This document shows, in pieces, positions 59,868 to 64,000 of a stretch of 64,000 bases of DNA. The number at the start of each line of letters is the position of its first letter. The stretch's first letter is position 1. The DNA lies in contig ML996699.1 of assembly GCA_010356995.1 (NCBI GenBank), forward strand, positions 527,697 through 591,696. Reading direction: 5' to 3'. The position numbers were made by a program, and so were the translations under genes. The notes beneath the pieces were generated by a model, which saw only the letters and a list, made by a program, of their open reading frames with translations, ran no database searches and was not told the origin of the DNA. The stretch is from Trichodelitschia bisporula. Lineage: Eukaryota.

Positions 59868-61727
59868 ATGATAAATACCTGAGATGGCGACATTGCGTGG
59901 AGGGCGGCAAAGTCGGGCACAATACGACGACGTCTGCTCTTTTCCCCAGGACGCGCACAGAGTTGCAGGCGATCCTTTCCCCGCTTCCACTAAACACGGT
60001 CCCGCTGCAAGGCTAGGACGTCATCCAACGAGGGGGGGTTGGACGCCGACAACAACCTAACCACCACACAACTAACCACTCACAAAGCAAAGAGAACGCC
60101 TCAGTCGAGCCCAGAGCGCCCTGCGTCGTTCAATTCAGCGAGGATGTGCGAAAATTCTGCCTTCCTCACGCGGCGTCAGGGAAGGCTGGGGAGAAGAGAT
60201 AACCCTCCCGCTGTCGTTTGCTTCGAAGCCCGTACCGGTAGATGGATGGAAAAAAGGCCGCGCTCGGTCGGTGGCTTGCAGGATGCCGTTACGGTTCGCT
60301 GTTCAAAAGGCAAGATGAAAATATGGCGCAAAAGCCTGGACCGCCATCTCTTACTGTGTGCGGCGACTCCGAGTCCAGATAAAGCATTTGGGACCGAGTT
60401 GCTGCACTTGCACGCGAGCATCCTCTGCGACAAACGGCCCATCAACGGGGCGCTAGTTCCAACTAAGACGCGCGATATGGTCGCCGGAGAGATATGCGGT
60501 GAAATTGTTTGCTTTTTGCCGGGGGTCTGCAGGGGACTAACCGGGCTGCCTATCGGGTTATCAGTTCGGCCCGTAAAGGCTTATTTCACCTCGCCGAATA
60601 TCTGTGACTCGATCAGATCGAGTCAACAGCCCATAAGAATCCCCCCGCCCACTCAATTTCCTCGCCCAAACTCGCAACTTGCAACTTTTCGGTCCCTTTC
60701 ATCCCACAACCCACGCCCGCCCGGTCCCACCGACTTCTTCCCTCGCTTCCATCTCCGCCCGGGCCCTATCTCGCTCGCGCTATCTCGCTCGTACCAGTCC
60801 CGATGGTTTCCTGCTAGCTCCCACGCGTCACTTTCCACATCGCCGTGGGGTGATGAAGATCTGGCTCTGGTTGCGCGTGGAGAGGTCGCCCGGTTGCCCA
60901 GCGCCGCCTGAGTGCAGCACGCCGCTCACTCACATGCCACTCGTTTCAGCTGCTCTTTTGCTTCCCTGCTCTCTCGCGAGAAAATATCTCGTCATCATTT
61001 CCGAAAAAAAACGCGATATTGATCAGTTGGTGGAATTTCTCTGAGGTGAGGGCAAACGTCACGATCCGCATAGCGACGGAAAGGCCGCCCGCAACCCCAC
61101 ATTTCACTAACCTGTCCCGTGCAAGCCCGTCCGGAGCCCCTACTCTGGAATGCAACCGACCCTCAAGAGATAACAGCGAATTTTTAGCGCACGGCGCAGG
61201 ACTAAACTCCGCTGATACGGCCATCTAGCGTGCCTTTGGGGGCTGCCTGGACCACGAGCAAGTCTGCGCAAGCTGGTCCTGCATGCATGGATCCTGATCT
61301 GGTTCTAGCTGCGTTCCGAAGATCTTGCTATTTGCATGTCCTACAGATCCCCATTGCACAGAGATAAGTTCCTTGCTTGCTGAGTGGTGGGAGGTTAGGC
61401 CAGCCCCAGGGTCTTCATGCACCTCTCGCCTTATGGGAGATAGGCGAACGGATGTCATAGATCGGCCCTTGATTGTTAGGGTCGTAGGCCCCGGGATGTA
61501 GCGTTTGATGGCCCGGGATGCGTAGTTTGAGAGCGTAGAGCGGGGAGCTAACGACCGCTAAGGCGCATCTTCACCTCATCTTTGCTTCCACGTTCTCTCG
61601 TCATAGATACGGTGCAAAATCAGCCAATGCCATCTCTTTAGCGACACGCCAGAGAGCCGTTAGTGGAATATGTGCATCGGCCAATGTGAATCTCCGTCAG
61701 CCTCGTCCTCGTTCGAGACCTCGTACC

Positions 61728-62036
61728 TGTACTGCCCTTCAGCTAACCGAGCCATTTCGAGTTGATGTATCAGGTTCCTCTACGAATACTACGTACAATC
61801 ACTTAAAGTCTTATCTTCAAACCTACCGAAACTCCGACTGGCGTAGGTACCATAGAGAGGATTGTGGTACGCTATGGCCCTCACTGAGACTCCATATGCG
61901 TACTACCCTTCAGCTAACTGAGTCATCGAGTTGATGTATGCGGTCCCGCAATGAACACAATCACTGAAGTCTTATCTTCAACCCCACCGATATTCCGGCT
62001 GATGTTGATACCATGGGAGGATTGCGGTGTGCTATA
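61728..62036. repeat. Diverged tandem duplication, period about 170 bp, two copies
   Basis: CCCTTCAGCTAAC.GAG.CAT..CGAGTTGATGTAT...ACAATCACT.AAGTCTTATCTTCAA...TACCAT...GAGGATTG.GGT..GCTAT occurs at about 61730-61875 and about 61900-62036. Confidence 0.85.
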
Positions 62037-62041
62037 CTCGT

Positions 62042-62217
62042 CATACTGGCGGATATCTTGATACTCGTATCCGGCCTTTAGCCTGTGAGCCTCGCCCACC
62101 AATACTCCCGCTGGTGTAGAAATAATGGTAGGATATAGGGCGCAGTACTCACCTACCCGGCGGATATGTTGTCATCCATATCCGAGCCTTTTCCCGTGAG
62201 CCTCATCCATCCCACAT
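62042..62217. repeat. Second diverged direct-repeat pair (about 60-bp cores)
   Basis: GGCGGATAT.TTG....TATCCG..CCTTT..CC.GTGAGCCTC at about 62048-62093 and about 62159-62204. Confidence 0.7.
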
Positions 62218-64000
62218 GACCGTCTTCGAAACGCCAGTCGGTGTGCGGCGTCCAATCTCCGATGATGAAGGCCGCATTGCGCACAACCCTCAGGTTCAAG
62301 GGTACCTAACTTAGCACTCCCGAAGCTTCAGAGAGTATGTTCTTTCGAATAGTGTGAAAGGTGTCAAACTGTAGGGAGGACGACCGTTAGAGAGACATGG
62401 AAGCACGATAGAAGCAAACGAGTATCACGAAGACAGGTGCAGAATAATCGCAGTCATAGAACTGCAACCGCCGGTGCCCATGTCAGCCACGATGACAGGC
62501 TGGCCGTTGAGACAAGGAGGGTGGTGGCAAGTGCGCGTCGAGACGGTTGGTGTGTGGATGGTGAGGCCGAAGCCGGAGGTGCTGGACTGAAAGGCATGTT
62601 ACGGTCACATCGAACCCTTAAATTCCGTCCCGAATACCGGTGGAGGACTTGGAGACTAATTCTATCGCTGTTAACAAATGCACATACTAACATTCAGCTT
62701 GACGTCGTGTATAGGGCCTAGGCTGCATTTGAGGACGCCAGGGCTTGATAGGTCTTTGGCCCGAAGGAAAGCTAATCGTGGCGTTACTGGATACAACATA
62801 AGGCGGAAAGCCAAAGGATACTCTACCAGGATTGGTATTCCTACTCCTTGCTATGAATAGCCTGCTCAGCTTCCGGCAATGGTCGTCAACCATAAGCAAA
62901 CATGGCGTCAAGGGACAAGATACAGTACCCAACCCAAAGGACAGGAATGGCCTACCAGGTCGGGGATCCTAACCTCGATTCATTCACAAGCCGCGGACAG
63001 CAAAAGGAACCTTACACATGAGAACTCCGGCTACAGCACACATGCAAGACCGAAACCGCACCAGCCAGGTTGATGATCGAAGACCGAGTAGACAATTCGC
63101 AGCCGTACGGGCGGGTATCCTCAATAGTACAAGCTCCATCTCCTCCACCCTTCGACTATGCATTGCCATAACGCACCGGCCCCAATGCCCATCCACCGTA
63201 TGAACACGCAGGAACAGCACTGGACGCCCGAACGACCGCGACTCCGTCCACCATCAGCTGCTGTTGTAGTCTACTTCCTCCGGAACGAGCAGCCCTCGGT
63301 GAGCCGAGCCTTGCCACCCGTGGGCTGGCAGAGGACCTGGGAGCAGCCTATACTCAGTTAGCATCCGTCATGTCTGCCCACAATATCACAGGGAACCCAC
63401 CTTGGCACACGACAACGGTCTGGGCGTGGCTGAAGACGGTGGTGATAGTGAAGCAGCCAGGACATTTGACGTCCATGAAGAAGCTGCGTGGCCCCGGGAC
63501 GAGAGTCTATGCGAAAGTCAGCGATGGAACGTGGCGTGCGGTGGTAACGGCCGCTGGTGGCGAGGTTTGCGAACCTTGAGCTTGTGCTTGCGAGCCTCAG
63601 CCTGCGGCGTCGGATTCAGAAGATCGACTGCAAGAACCTAATTATTCATCAGCATGTGTACATCAGAATGTGTTTGAAGCAGTTTGGCGGCGACGTCGAG
63701 CTGCCCGAGAGCGGACCGCCGCGGGGGTGTGCTTCATGCGTCTCCCCGAGGCGGGAGCTTCAGGCGAGCGAGCGACGGGGCCGTAGGTGCTGGGCGGAAT
63801 TCTCACCATCGTGCTTGTTGCTCAGCGACTACGTGTATGTGGATTTTCGGGTTGTTGATGGAGGAGGGTACACGTAGGGCTTTGGTTTTCGCAGTTGGTT
63901 GGCAGCGAAGGTCGAGAAATGTGGAGTGAATGCAATTCGCTTCTGTGTGCGCAGTGCCAAGACTTTCTACCAAGACTTTGCGGCCGTAATATCATGTGAT

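Noticed and set aside
60039..60911. 290-aa ORF upstream of the permease
   Set aside because: No ATG start, no domain and promoter-like composition.
61728..62217. Repeats as CRISPR array or LTRs
   Set aside because: Fungal DNA with only two diverged copies, no regular spacers, no TG...CA termini and no internal retroelement ORFs.

Overview
Eukaryotic, intron-containing DNA from a filamentous ascomycete (Pezizomycotina; short introns with CTAAC/CTGAC-type branch sites; Dothideomycete-like by inference only). About 20 protein-coding genes can be rebuilt by splicing. Conserved genes: CDK1/Cdc28, a Rap1-like telomere protein, the SWF1 DHHC palmitoyltransferase, RAD4/XPC, RRP5, U1-70K, mitochondrial ribosomal proteins mL43 and bS6m, TEL1/ATM, NUP192, GCV3 and an NCS1 (Fur4/Dal4-type) permease. 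Accessory genes: a P450, a PTH11-like receptor, an S10 carboxypeptidase and several hypothetical proteins. One 60-N gap looks like an unmerged 40-bp overlap. The most interesting observations are: (1) a signal-peptide-less GH18 endo-beta-N-acetylglucosaminidase-like enzyme fused to a C-terminal UBA domain, a candidate ubiquitin-targeted deglycosylase for ERAD; (2) an island between RAD4 and RRP5 with two tandem small paralogs sharing LxxxTxxNTxxN[KR] plus a PP1-docking-like KxVxW motif, and a RIP-like pseudogene beside them; (3) splice-site-like signals clustered in the U1-70K 3' UTR; (4) a possible alternative-start permease isoform carrying an acidic dileucine motif; (5) a Rap1 with an extra domain and recent tandem repeats. 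No tRNA, rRNA, CRISPR or intact transposon was recognised. Exon boundaries were read by eye and may be off by a few bases.
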